In this document: in pieces, positions 9,770 through 20,179 of the stretch
How the letters are laid out: each line of letters begins with the position of its first letter
Position numbering within the stretch: the stretch's first letter is position 1
DNA from: Hyphomicrobiales bacterium
GTDB lineage: Bacteria; Pseudomonadota; Alphaproteobacteria; Rhizobiales; TMED25
Direction of reading: 5' to 3'
DNA: 64,000 nucleotides
Assembly (NCBI GenBank): GCA_965204565.1
Contig: CBDBEU010000003.1
Location: 693,424-757,423 of the forward strand
Position numbers and translations under genes: made by a program
Notes under the pieces: generated by a model
Database searches by the model: none
What the model was told of the DNA's origin: nothing
Seen by the model: the letters and a program-made list of their open reading frames with translations, nothing else

Positions 9770-11533
9770 CTATGCGATCCGGTCGCCCTTCTTGATCGGG
9801 GCGGAGCGATTATCGAAGCCCGGCAGCATTTGCGAGGCATCGCGCGTTACCGCGATATCGAGAAGCGTCGGCCGGTTGGTGCTTTGAAGCGAGGCGCGCA
9901 ACTCGCCCGCCAGCGCATCGGGGTCGGTCACCCGCACGCCGCGGCAGCCAAGCGTCTCGGCGACATTGGCGTAGTTGAGATCTGACAGATCGGCGGACTG
10001 ATAGCGGCCGCCGAACATGACGTGCTGCAGCGCCTTGACGTAGCCGGATGCGGCATTGTTGACCACCATGACGGTGAGCGGCAGCTTGAGACGCGCCGCC
10101 GTCTCAAGATCGCCCAAGGTCATGTTGAGCCCGCCGTCACCGGTGAGTGTGAACACCGGACGGTCGGGAACTGCAAGCTGGGCGCCGATGCCGCCGGCGA
10201 CGCCATAGCCGATGGAGGCCATGCCACGGTCGACAATATAGCCGCGGCCGGCGCGTTTGGTGTCATACAGGAGGCCAGTCCAGTGAGCGGCAAATCCACT
10301 ATCGCCGACCAGAATGGTATCTTCGGGAAGCACGTTGTTGAGCTCGTGGCAGAGCCGCGCCATGTTGATCGGCGCCTCCGATGAGGTCAGCCTTGCATCG
10401 ACTTCGTTGCGCCATTTCTGCTTGCCGGCATTGACTTCGGCGATGTAGCCGGCACGCGATTTGCGGGCATTGGCGGCGCTGTCAGAAAGCGCCTCGGCAA
10501 GGTCGTTGAGCCCTTCGCGGGCATCGCCCCACAGCGCGATGTCGGTGCGCGCCCAGCGGCCAATTTCGTCCGGCTCTATATCCAGATGGATAAGCGGGAT
10601 ATCGGCACGCGGCAGGGCATAGCGCTTGGTGGCGATCTCGCCGAGCTTGCAGCCGGCGACAAGAATGCAATCGGAGGCGTCGAGCACCTCGTTGGCGGTG
10701 CGCGCATAGCGGCCGAAAAGTCCGAGCGACAGCTCATGGGTGCACGCGATCGCGCCCTTGCCCGACAGTGTGTGCGCCACGGGAATGGCGTTGGCTTCGG
10801 CCAGCGCGGTCAGGGCCTCATTGGCGCCTGAAATGTGAATGCCGCCTCCAGCCAGAATGATCGGCCGTTTGACGCTGGCCATGAGGGCTGCGGCGCGTTC
10901 GATATCGGCACTGGCCGGCCTTGTGCGCCTGCTTGGCACGGTCTTGGTTGTCTCATCGGCGTAAAGCTCATCGGCGTTGAATTCAAAAACGCCGTGGCAG
11001 ATGTCCTCGGGCACATCGAGCAGCACCGGACCCGGGCGGCCGGACGTGGCGAGCGCATAGGCGTAACGGATATGCTCAGGGATCCGGGTTCCAACCTCGA
11101 CGCGGATCACTTCCTTGACCGCAGGACGCAGCATTTCGATCTGCTTGGTCTCCTGCGTCATGTTGCGCCAAGCGACCTCGCGATTTGCATCACCGACCAT
11201 GGCAATCATCGCGGTTCCGGCATTCAATGACTCGGTGAGCGCGGTGAGCAGATTTGTCGCGCCGGGGCCGAGAGTTGCATCGCACGCACCCGGACGGCCG
11301 GTTACCCGTGACCAGGCATCGGCCATGAAGGCGCCCGAGCGTTCATCATTGATCAGTGTGTGGGTGAGGCCGCGCCGGCGCACCGCATCATAGAACGGCA
11401 GGAGCTGGAAACCGGCCATGCCGAACATCGGTCCGACTTCATGCAGGGCGAGCATGTCGGCGATGGCTTCGCCGCCGGTGAGCTCAACTTTTATGTTTCC
11501 GCCAGTCTCAGTGGTTGATCCGGCATCGTTCAT
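9770..11533 (-). CDS. acetolactate-synthase-like TPP-binding protein
   Basis: NDERSGAFMAD, LGPGATN, GRPGPVLLDVPEDI, TGDGG..NN. Confidence 0.92.
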   Translation of the reverse strand: MNDAGSTTETGGNIKVELTGGEAIADMLALHEVGPMFGMAGFQLLPFYDAVRRRGLTHTLINDERSGAFMADAWSRVTGRPGACDATLGPGATNLLTALTESLNAGTAMIAMVGDANREVAWRNMTQETKQIEMLRPAVKEVIRVEVGTRIPEHIRYAYALATSGRPGPVLLDVPEDICHGVFEFNADELYADETTKTVPSRRTRPASADIERAAALMASVKRPIILAGGGIHISGANEALTALAEANAIPVAHTLSGKGAIACTHELSLGLFGRYARTANEVLDASDCILVAGCKLGEIATKRYALPRADIPLIHLDIEPDEIGRWARTDIALWGDAREGLNDLAEALSDSAANARKSRAGYIAEVNAGKQKWRNEVDARLTSSEAPINMARLCHELNNVLPEDTILVGDSGFAAHWTGLLYDTKRAGRGYIVDRGMASIGYGVAGGIGAQLAVPDRPVFTLTGDGGLNMTLGDLETAARLKLPLTVMVVNNAASGYVKALQHVMFGGRYQSADLSDLNYANVAETLGCRGVRVTDPDALAGELRASLQSTNRPTLLDIAVTRDASQMLPGFDNRSAPIKKGDRIA

Positions 11534-12365
11534 ATCGATCTTCTCCCTCAGCGCGCGCGCTTGCAATCATCAGATCGGCAAATTCCATTGTGCTGATGCC
11601 CGGCCTTGCCCCGGCCTTGGCTGCGCTTTGATTCACATGCGTAATGGTTCCAGTTCCCCAGGTCGAGCGGGCATCGCCGATGCGCGCGCTGGCGGCGGCG
11701 ACGGTGGCGCCGGCAATGCCTCTGGTGTCGAGGTCGGGCAGGCGCGCTGCGGTACTTGACCCGGCATCATTGAACACCGCCGCCAGTACGTCCGGGCGGG
11801 GGCCCCAGCTCGGCGCGCCCGCCAGCAATTCACCATGAGATGCGGTGATCACGATCGCGCCTTCATCCTGCGCACGCACCAGCGACACGGAGTCGCAGCC
11901 CATGATGATTGGCTCGCCGGCTCGTTCACGAATAATGAAGCGGGCTTCGTCATGGGTGGGAATCCTCTTGCTGGAGATGGGGGCTACCAGCAGCGCATTG
12001 GCGCAGTCCATAGTGGATTGGTCCGGACGGCAGCCCAGACTTGACGCGACATCATTGACAAAACTGATGGTTCCGGCACTGGCCATGCTCTGGCCATTGC
12101 CGATGATGGCGGATCGGTAGTCAACGGTTGCGGCGGCAATCTCGAGCTCTTGAAGCCAATCCAGAGCGCCGATGCCAGCGCGGTCGAGACCAACGCCGGC
12201 ATCGTGAAGAATGACCGCACGCACGCCGGCGCACGCCGCTTCCCAACCGGCATAAACGCCGCCATGGGACCCGGCGATGAGAACGCGCCCGGTGGTGCGT
12301 GAATCCAGCTTGGTCACCGTGTCGGCAATGAGAATATCTGATGTGTCCATGTCGACAGCACTCAT
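11508..12365 (-). CDS. hypothetical protein with two homologous ~125-aa domains
   Basis: Repeated D(T/S)V..L, (G/A)SHG, (H/N)DAG, SA.IG, GTI..VN motifs; overlaps the start of the ALS-like gene. Confidence 0.8.
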   Translation of the reverse strand: MSAVDMDTSDILIADTVTKLDSRTTGRVLIAGSHGGVYAGWEAACAGVRAVILHDAGVGLDRAGIGALDWLQELEIAAATVDYRSAIIGNGQSMASAGTISFVNDVASSLGCRPDQSTMDCANALLVAPISSKRIPTHDEARFIIRERAGEPIIMGCDSVSLVRAQDEGAIVITASHGELLAGAPSWGPRPDVLAAVFNDAGSSTAARLPDLDTRGIAGATVAAASARIGDARSTWGTGTITHVNQSAAKAGARPGISTMEFADLMIASARAEGEDRYERCRINH

Positions 12366-12478
12366 AGAATAAAGGCAAGGGCGGCGTCATGCCTGACGCA
12401 CGAGGACATTCCACTCAAACATGATATGCGCTAGCCTCTGCAGCGGCCAATTTGGGCGGAGAAATCAGGATCAGAGCA

Positions 12479-12988
12479 ATGAGCGAAACACTGGAAGGGC
12501 TTGCACAGGACATCAGGACGGCGCTGAAAAGCGCGCCTGGAATCGAAGGGCGGAAAAAGGTCGGTGAGCGGCTTTCGAGCGCCTTGGTGGACGAAGCTTT
12601 CATCACCCAGCATTTGCGCGCCCGCGCACCCGGTGAGCATCCGCGCAAGGTGCTGTTTGAAGATCCGGAACTCGGATTTTGCATTTGCGGCCATGTCTAT
12701 GACGGTCCGGCAGCGGGCAAGCCGCACGATCACGGCCCTGCCTGGGCAATCTATGGTCAGGCCGCTGGCGAGACCGAAATGACGGAATGGAAGATCGTTG
12801 AAAAGGGCGATGGGAATCAGCCATCACTGGTTGAGCCGGTGCGGACCTACACAATGAAACCGGGTGATACGCAGCTTTATGATGTGGGCGATGTGCATTC
12901 GCCCAATCGCGCCGCGCCGGTAAAACTGATCCGCATTGAAGGCGCCAATCTCGACCGCGTGACGCGCTCGAAAATCGAGGCCAAATAG
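12479..12988 (+). CDS. cupin / cysteine-dioxygenase-like metal-binding protein
   Basis: PHDHG..WAIYGQAAG.TEMTEW and GDVHSP His motifs. Confidence 0.7.
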   Translation: MSETLEGLAQDIRTALKSAPGIEGRKKVGERLSSALVDEAFITQHLRARAPGEHPRKVLFEDPELGFCICGHVYDGPAAGKPHDHGPAWAIYGQAAGETEMTEWKIVEKGDGNQPSLVEPVRTYTMKPGDTQLYDVGDVHSPNRAAPVKLIRIEGANLDRVTRSKIEAK

Positions 12989-13112
12989 ACTCGCAGAGCA
13001 ATGTTGCTGCTTGCAGTAGTGCCAAGCGCACCGCTTCTGTCTTGCGGCGGGAATTCAACGTGACTGTGCGCCGCCACAAAAAGTGTATGCTCGCAACAAA
13101 GGGAATGATGTG

Positions 13113-13406
13113 ATGGCGAAGGGATATTGGATCGGCTGTTATCGCAGGGTTGTCGACCAGTCCAAGGTCGATGCCTATCGCAAGCTTGCGGGACCAGCAA
13201 TCGAGGCCACTGGCGGGCGGTTCATCGCGCGCGGCATGCCGGTCAAGGTCTATGATTCCGGCATTATGGAGCGCGTCGTACTTGTGGAATTTCCAAGCGT
13301 CAACGATGCGATCGCGGCCCATGACAGCCCTGCCTATCAGGAAGCGCTGGCAGCGCTTGATGGTGGGCTGGAGCGTGAGATCCGCATTGTCGAGGGCGTT
13401 GACTGA
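13113..13406 (+). CDS. DUF1330 family protein
   Basis: MAKGYWI, GGRFIARG, RVVLVEFPS, SPAYQEA, IRIVEG. Confidence 0.9.
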   Translation: MAKGYWIGCYRRVVDQSKVDAYRKLAGPAIEATGGRFIARGMPVKVYDSGIMERVVLVEFPSVNDAIAAHDSPAYQEALAALDGGLEREIRIVEGVD

Positions 13407-13486
13407 GCCTGCTACGTCCCATGTTTTTGGAGACTCCGCGATCGGGACGGAGCCCCCTTCGATCGCCGCCCATTTCACGGAAATGC

Positions 13487-14335
13487 TCAGTGCATCAGCA
13501 GGCCGCCGGAGACATTTACCGCAAGACCGGTCATGAAATTGGATTCGCCAGAAGCGAGATAGGCAGCCAGTTGGGCAATGTCTTTAGGTTGCGCGACACG
13601 TCCGAGCGGGGTTCTGCCGGTGGCCTCCTCGATCATCCTATCGCGATAGGCGTCGGTTGTGACGTCAGCAGGTTTGAGCCCTGATGCCATGCCATAAACG
13701 CGCTCGGTATCGGTCAGGCCCGGACAGATGGCATTGGCGTTAATGCTGTGGTCGGCAAGCTCGAGTGCCAGCGACTGGGTAAATCCGATCACCGCGAATT
13801 TCGACGCGCTATAGGCAGCAAAACGGGCACGGCCCTGCTTGCCGGCACTTGATGCCAGATTGATGATCTTGCCGCCACCGCCACGCTCAAGCATGTGGCG
13901 GGCAACCGCGCGTGAACACAGGAAAGTACCCTTGGCATTGACTGCCTGCACCCAGTCCCAAACCTCCTCGTCGAGCTCTACCACCGGCACCCGGTCGGGG
14001 CCTGCCGTCGAGCCGGCATTGTTGACCAGAATGTCGATGCGCCCGAAGTGGTCGAGCGTTTCTGCGACTATGCGTGCGACATCTTGTGAATTGGTGACAT
14101 CGGCGACGCAACTGAGGCTGCCGCGGCCCAATTCCGCGATCTCTGTGGCAACTTGAGACAGCCCGCCCCAGGCGTCTTCGTTCAGTCCGCTCCAGGTGCC
14201 GGTTGACTCATCACTTATATTGGCAACGGCAACATCCGCACCTTCCTTGGCAAGACGCATGGCAATCGCCCTGCCGATCCCGCGCCGGCCGGCTGCGCCG
14301 GTGACCAGCGCCACCTTTCCTTCCAATTTGTACAT
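13487..14335 (-). CDS. short-chain dehydrogenase/reductase
   Basis: TGAAGRRGIG, NNAG, YSASK, ICPG. Confidence 0.93.
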   Translation of the reverse strand: MYKLEGKVALVTGAAGRRGIGRAIAMRLAKEGADVAVANISDESTGTWSGLNEDAWGGLSQVATEIAELGRGSLSCVADVTNSQDVARIVAETLDHFGRIDILVNNAGSTAGPDRVPVVELDEEVWDWVQAVNAKGTFLCSRAVARHMLERGGGGKIINLASSAGKQGRARFAAYSASKFAVIGFTQSLALELADHSINANAICPGLTDTERVYGMASGLKPADVTTDAYRDRMIEEATGRTPLGRVAQPKDIAQLAAYLASGESNFMTGLAVNVSGGLLMH

Positions 14336-14622
14336 CGACCGCCTCCTGAACCGGTGTGGTTATGAGCGCAGGATAGCGCAAGGTTGTCGATGCATGCGAG
14401 CCTTGAGATCGTGCAGAGCTTGCCTTGCTCGGCTATCTGCTGCGATGATGTGAGGGCTGTCATGCGCGTGCTTGCACCAAACCGGTGGCCATATTGGCTT
14501 CGGTGGATGCTTGTGCTCATGATATATACGCGGCACGTTGCAGCCTCGTTGATACCCCGTCTTGCGCTAAGCACTGAACATGGGTTCGATCTTGGCGTAC
14601 ACACAGTTGTCTACGCTGTTGT

Positions 14623-16298
14623 CCGACATTCCCCAATTGGAACACCATTTCGATCATGCTGCCGCTGTTTTGTGTAGGGATCAATCCTCTTGGGCGGGCT
14701 GTGTCGTGGTTCGGGCATCCGGTTCGTGAACGGGCGCGATTTATGGCTGCTGCAACGGGCTTGAACCGGAATTCGATCTGACCGTCACCCGTCGGGTCAG
14801 ACACGTCGAGCCGCTTGCGCCAGGGTTTGATCGCCGACACCGTCATGTCGGTAGCGCTGGCCGGTACCGCTGACGCACGGAGCCGTTGGATGGCAGCAAG
14901 GATGCGGGTGAACAGAGCGCCGCCGACAGCCGCCTCGGCCGGTTGGAACGTGACGGCTCGGGCGTGGCGGACGACCCGCGCTCCGATCCTGATGAGGCGG
15001 GTCGCAGGCCGGTCGGCCATCTCCTCCGGCAGGTCGGCGCCCCGCAGGAAGACACCGGGATTGCAGGCCAATGCATGAAGCTGAAGCCGCACCTCGTTCC
15101 ACGCCATGCCCTTGCAGGAAAGACGCGTCCGATTGATCGCCTGCCTGCCTGCCTCGACATGCCGTTCGGCGGTGCCGCGCTGGTTGTATAACCGAATGAT
15201 CCGGTCCGGCTACATCGGCAGCTTGGTGACGACAAAGCCGATCTTCGGGAACAAGTCACCCGGATGCCGTTCGACTCTGGCGACGACCCGCGGGGCGCTT
15301 GAGCACAGGCGCAATCCTGCTTTCCGGAACAGCAGCCTTCCCAGGCCCGGATGGCGCAGGAACAGCCTTCCGCCTCCGGCGTCTTGTAGAGCTCCGGGAC
15401 GGCAAAAGCGGCATTGGCCCGGAAGAACCGCATCAGCTCACGATCCGCATATCGCGCCAACACCGGCTTGAGCACATTTTCCCGGCCATCAGCGCTGTGA
15501 ACATTGCCGAGGCGCAATGAACGGCGTTCGAGGCGGCCAAACCGGTTAAGGACGAACAAGGGACGGCACATGCAGCCGAAATGCCCGTTCCAGGCGGTGC
15601 CTCCCTGAGTGCCATGGGTCTGCGCGCCATGGGGCGGGCCGACCGAACCGTCCATGTCTCCGGTGTGATCCATTCGGGCGCCATCGCGGCGTGAGCCCGA
15701 TCAATCCCCCGATCAATCCATTGACCGGATACGTCCGCCGGCGCACCGCGATTGTCGGCGGCCGCCGACACCCCGGTCTCGAACCGACCCATCCGGCCGG
15801 CAGACGCAGCCTCGGCATCAACACCACGTCCTCCAACCACCTGCCGCATCACCGGATCGAGCGCCGGACGGTCCGCGTCACTCACATCATCATATCCGGC
15901 CGATAGCCCGAAGACCGGCTGTGCCGCAAAAGACCGACCACGGAATGCAGACGGTTGTGGACGCTTCGCGGATTTCCGAGAGGACCGCCGGCAATATCGT
16001 GCAATCCCGGGGTCTCGTCCAACTCCCGGAACAGCAACGGGCCACCGTCGGAACCGATCTTCGAGCCATGGCATTCCAGCCGCACCCGCCAACCGCACCC
16101 GCCAACCGCACCCGCCGCACCCGCCAACCGCACCCGCCAACCGCACCCGACTGTCGAAACCGAGCCTGATATCACCCGTTTCGCCTGCACCCTGCGGGTG
16201 ATCCGTGATCCGCACCCTACAGCCCACACAACATGCTGAAATATGACATGTTACCGGCTGTCGGAGGCGCAAACGTCACGTTACCTAGGGAATGTGGG
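14623..16298 (-). mobile_element. near full-length IS1380-family element, transposase inactivated
   Basis: Inverted ends CCGACATTCCCCAA / CCCACATTCCCTAG; DHPQGAGE, GYDDV.DADR, WNGHFGC, YNQRGTAE, NEVRLQLHALA in shifting frames. Confidence 0.92.
16080..16149. repeat. tandem repeat of CCGCACCCGCCAA (four full and two partial units) inside IS1380
   Basis: Directly visible; the sister copy at ~44480 has a single CCGCACCCG. Confidence 0.9.
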
Positions 16299-16462
16299 AT
16301 CATAGGCCTTGTCGCCGACCATTACACCACCAGCCTTGTTGATCATGTCGGCAGCGAAACCGCTGCGCCGAGCGTAATAACGTCTTGCGCCTGGGCCGCA
16401 TTGATGGTCCATGCAAGCATTCCGGCTATTGCCGAAGCGGCGAGAAGACTGGTTCTGGACAT
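16299..16462 (-). pseudogene. remnant of a LivK-like ABC substrate-binding protein
   Basis: Strong RBS; MSRTSLLAASAIAGMLAWTINAAQAQDVITLGAAVSL, then AADMINKAGGVMVGDKAY in another frame; cut by IS1380. Confidence 0.7.
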
Positions 16463-16716
16463 GTCCTCTCCTCCCTTCTGTCGATCTTGGCGTTAGCCAA
16501 GCATGACCAGCCAAGCCGGCGATCATATTACAGATCAGACGGACTCGCACCAAGTGCAAATCTGGTCGTAGTGACAAGCATGCCGCGGTTTTTGTAGCCA
16601 GCCCACCGCTGCTGGCAGCACTCTCCTCACACGGCTGCCAAACAACTGATTTAATTGAACATTCAAAAAACGGGCACTAAGCTAACCAATCTGCGAATCT
16701 GAGCAGGAGGTGCAGA

Positions 16717-16967
16717 ATGACAAAGCTCGAACGCCAACTTGCTGGCTATCGGCTAACGACCGCCCAAATCGATTATTGGCGGCTGGACCATCCCAACCGC
16801 TATAGTAATTCATTTGGCAGCAGCTGGATCTCGCGCCTGAATTCCCGGTTCTCACAAAATTTCTGAAATTCTGGGACAACGAGCTGGAAGGCCGGCTGCA
16901 CCGGGTCACTATCGCATGCGCAGGCTTGCTCACCCCTGCGCAGTACCACTGCCTACACATTCACTGA
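16717..16967 (+). pseudogene. usg: Usg-family protein, disrupted near 16800
   Basis: MTKLERQLAGYRLTTAQIDYWRLDHP / FIWQQLDLAPEFPVLTKFLKFWDNELEGRLHRV; GGAGG RBS; absent from the ORF track. Confidence 0.8.
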
Positions 16968-17051
16968 GCGGGCAAGCCGGCACTGGCACAACGCCGGTGC
17001 TAAACTCAATTGACTGCCCGGGCAGCGATAAGATCTGGAAGATCGGTACGA

Positions 17052-18023
17052 CTAGAGTTTGACCGGCTTGTTTTCCGCCGCTGAGCGCACAATGCCGTCA
17101 AGCACGGCAATGCCCTGCACCGCCTGATCGGCAGTCACCGGATAGGTGCCCCTGCCCTCGGCTGCATCGGCAAAAGCTTCGAGCTCCGCCCGCTCCATCG
17201 AAAATCCGGTTTCGGTGGCGCGCTCGATTTCACCCTCGCGCGGTTCATAGATGAACTCTGACAGATCGCGCTGGCGGATTTCCACGCAGCCATTTTCGCC
17301 GAACACCCGGAAATTGTAATAAAAACAGGTCGCGATCGAGGTCATCAGGCTGGCGGTCGCGCCGCCCTCAAAGGCCATGATCGCCGAGGTTACCTCGTCA
17401 AGCGGTCCAATACCGAGAGGCTTGACCGCTTGCGCCGAAATCGACGTCATCGGTCCGCCAATATCGATCATCTGGTCAACCACGTGAATGCCAAGCCCGG
17501 TCATGCCACCGGCCGGTGTTTCCTCCAGGGTAGAGCGCCAGCTGTCGGGGGCATAATTCCATACCCCCGATGCACTCATCGACGCCTCTATATGAACAAT
17601 GCGGCCGAGCTTGTTGGCAATCACATCCTTCATCCGCAAATAGTTGGGGTGAAATCGTCGATTGAGGCCGACAGCCAGCGTGATACCGGCAGGCGCAGCG
17701 GTATCAAATGCCGCGCGTGCATCGGCTGGCGTCAGCGTGATCGGCTTTTCAACAAATACATGCTTGCCGGCCGCCGCCGCCTGCTCGATCTGCTGGCGAT
17801 GCAGCGAATGGGGCGTTGCCAGGATCACCGCATCCACATCCGGATTGGCCAGCACCGCCTCATAGTTCGGTGCAACTTCGGCACCGATTTCCTTGCAGTA
17901 ATCTTCAATATTGGAGAGTGTTCGCGTCGTTGCCGCGACCACCTGGATCTTGTCACTTCCCTTGGTTGAATTGGCAAGCACCTTGCCCCACCAGCCAAGT
18001 CCTATCGACGCCGCTCTAATCAT
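17052..18023 (-). CDS. Gfo/Idh/MocA family oxidoreductase
   Basis: IGLGWWG, ATPHSLH, GKHVFVEKP, GIHVVD. Confidence 0.93.
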   Translation of the reverse strand: MIRAASIGLGWWGKVLANSTKGSDKIQVVAATTRTLSNIEDYCKEIGAEVAPNYEAVLANPDVDAVILATPHSLHRQQIEQAAAAGKHVFVEKPITLTPADARAAFDTAAPAGITLAVGLNRRFHPNYLRMKDVIANKLGRIVHIEASMSASGVWNYAPDSWRSTLEETPAGGMTGLGIHVVDQMIDIGGPMTSISAQAVKPLGIGPLDEVTSAIMAFEGGATASLMTSIATCFYYNFRVFGENGCVEIRQRDLSEFIYEPREGEIERATETGFSMERAELEAFADAAEGRGTYPVTADQAVQGIAVLDGIVRSAAENKPVKL

Positions 18024-18154
18024 TAACGTGCCTCCTGCTTTGATGTCGTAATGGATGTTGCGTGAAACCAATCGGTCAGGTGATAAGTTTAGACGCGCGC
18101 TGCCTTGTGCGAAAGTCCCCTAGGCCGACAAAGCCCGGCGAGAAAGGAAATCTC

Positions 18155-18793
18155 ATGCGACTTTATACCTTCTATCGTTCGCTCGCGGCCTGGCGGGTCC
18201 GCATTGCCCTGTCGCTGAAGGGAGAGGCGCCTGACTTGGTGGCCATCGATCTCCTGGCCGGCGATCAGCATCAGGCAGATTTTAAGTCACGCAATCCCGA
18301 ATCCTTGGTACCGCTACTGGAGATCGACGATCTTTCGCTCGCCCAGTCTCTGGCAATTCTTGAATATCTGGAAGAGACCAGACCAGAACCTGCTCTGCTG
18401 CCGGAGGCGCCCGCCGCGCGCGCGCTGGTACGCCGCTTCGCCCTCATATCGGCTGCCGATTCACACCCGCTGATCGTACCGCGCGCGCGATCCTTTCTGA
18501 AAGACTCCCTCGGACATGATGACGACGACGTGGCGCTGTGGTGCCGCAACTGGCTGATGCGCGGCTGTGAGGCGATGGAAAACCTGCTTGCCGATCAGCC
18601 GGTGCGCAAATTCAGCTTCGCCGACCGGCCGCTGATCAGCGATCTTTGTCTGGTCCCCCACCTGTTCGGAACGCGCAATTTCGGCGGCGATACCAGCGGC
18701 TTCACGCGGCTGACAGCGATCGAGGAAAAATGCAACGAGCTTGACGCCTTCACCAGCAACCACCCTCGCCTCCAGCCCGATTTCCCCGGCTGA
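18155..18793 (+). CDS. maiA: maleylacetoacetate/maleylpyruvate isomerase (GST zeta)
   Basis: YRSLAAWRVRIAL, LAQSLAILEYLEE, ADSHPL, HPRLQPD. Confidence 0.85.
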   Translation: MRLYTFYRSLAAWRVRIALSLKGEAPDLVAIDLLAGDQHQADFKSRNPESLVPLLEIDDLSLAQSLAILEYLEETRPEPALLPEAPAARALVRRFALISAADSHPLIVPRARSFLKDSLGHDDDDVALWCRNWLMRGCEAMENLLADQPVRKFSFADRPLISDLCLVPHLFGTRNFGGDTSGFTRLTAIEEKCNELDAFTSNHPRLQPDFPG

Positions 18794-19022
18794 CGCGAAC
18801 ACATTCTGACAAGCGTTGGCTTGCCGCACCCTCTTGCCGCTCTTCGCCCAATCGCTTATCAAGCGCGCGCACAGATAACAGGGCTTGCCGTCAGCTAGAC
18901 GGCAGCCTTGGGGCGACATCAAACCGGACCGCCGCTAAGCCGCCAGTACCATGACCAAAATTCGATCATGCTCTGGCCAAGCGCTTGATTGGTTCCCCGT
19001 TCAGTTGAAGGACGCAACATAA

Positions 19023-20046
19023 ATGGCTGCCGATACCACTTACACCTGCCGACCCTACCAATCGACTGCCGGGCGCATGCACGTCAAAGGCACACATCGC
19101 CGCGCCCCAAGACGGTCACGGTCGACCTTCATTGCCACATGCATGTGGCAGCGGCCGATGAACTGGCCCAACCCCTCTACGACATGTCGAACGAGGACTT
19201 TGTCCTTTGGGCCAACGATCAGACCCGCGCCGTTAATGTCCAATAGCATGAGGACAGGTTCAAGGAGCTGACAGGCATCGAAGAGCGGCTCAAGATCATG
19301 GATGACATGCTGGTCGACGTGCAGGTCATCGCACCGGCCCCGCCACAGTATCGATATGGCGCCGATCCCGACCTCACCCGTCAGACCAGCATCATCATCA
19401 ACGACACCATCACCGAACTCAATCGCGCCGTCTCAGAACTTGGCGCGCGCGGCGTCGAAATTGGCCCCAATATGCGCGATGAGGAGTTGTTTTCGCCGCG
19501 CCTCGAGCCCTTTTGGCAACGCTGCGACGAGCTGGGCTTGGTGGTTGTTATCCACCCGATGAGTTTTACCCAGGGCGAGCGGTTGAAGAACCACTATTTC
19601 TCCAACATCATCGCCAATCTGCTCTCCACCACCGTCGCCGTGCATCATTTGATTTTCGATGGTATGATAGAGTTCCACCCTAGTCTCAAGATCGTACTCA
19701 TGCATGGCGGCAGTTACCTCTCGCATTACCCCGCCCGCATGGACCACGCACACGACGCCAAGCCCGATTGCTGCACCGTGATCAAGGAACAGCCGACCAC
19801 CTATCTAAAGCGCTTTTACTTCGACACCGTGGTTTTCGGGACCGCTCAGCTGGAGCATCTGCACCGCATGTGGGGTGCCGACCACCTCGTGCTTGGCACC
19901 GACTACCCCTATGACATGGCCGAATATGACCCCGGTTGAGCACGTCTATCAGATCGAAGGTCCGAGCGAAGAGGAACAAGAAAAGATTTGCGGGCTCAAC
20001 GCCATGCGGCTGCTTGAGTTGGACCCGAAGGATTTCGTGTGCTGAC
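19023..20046 (+). pseudogene. amidohydrolase-2 (ACMSD-like) paralog, disrupted
   Basis: VDLHCHM, IHPMSF, HGGSY, GTDYPYDM; in-frame TAG at 19244, frameshifts and an internal deletion relative to the next gene. Confidence 0.85.
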
Positions 20047-20179
20047 CGATTGACGACCGTGATGCGCGTGAAACCGTCGCCGGCTGCCGGATCAGGCGAG
20101 GCGATTTGCCCGGAACGGAAAGGCCAAAACTGCCGGACCAGTCCGCTCCACATCACCACCTGAACTTGAGGAGATACCC

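Noticed and set aside
14340-14620. Possible gene remnant upstream of the SDR
   Set aside because: No frame gave a family I could support
16080-16149. Possible CRISPR array
   Set aside because: Head-to-tail 13-bp units with no spacers and no cas genes
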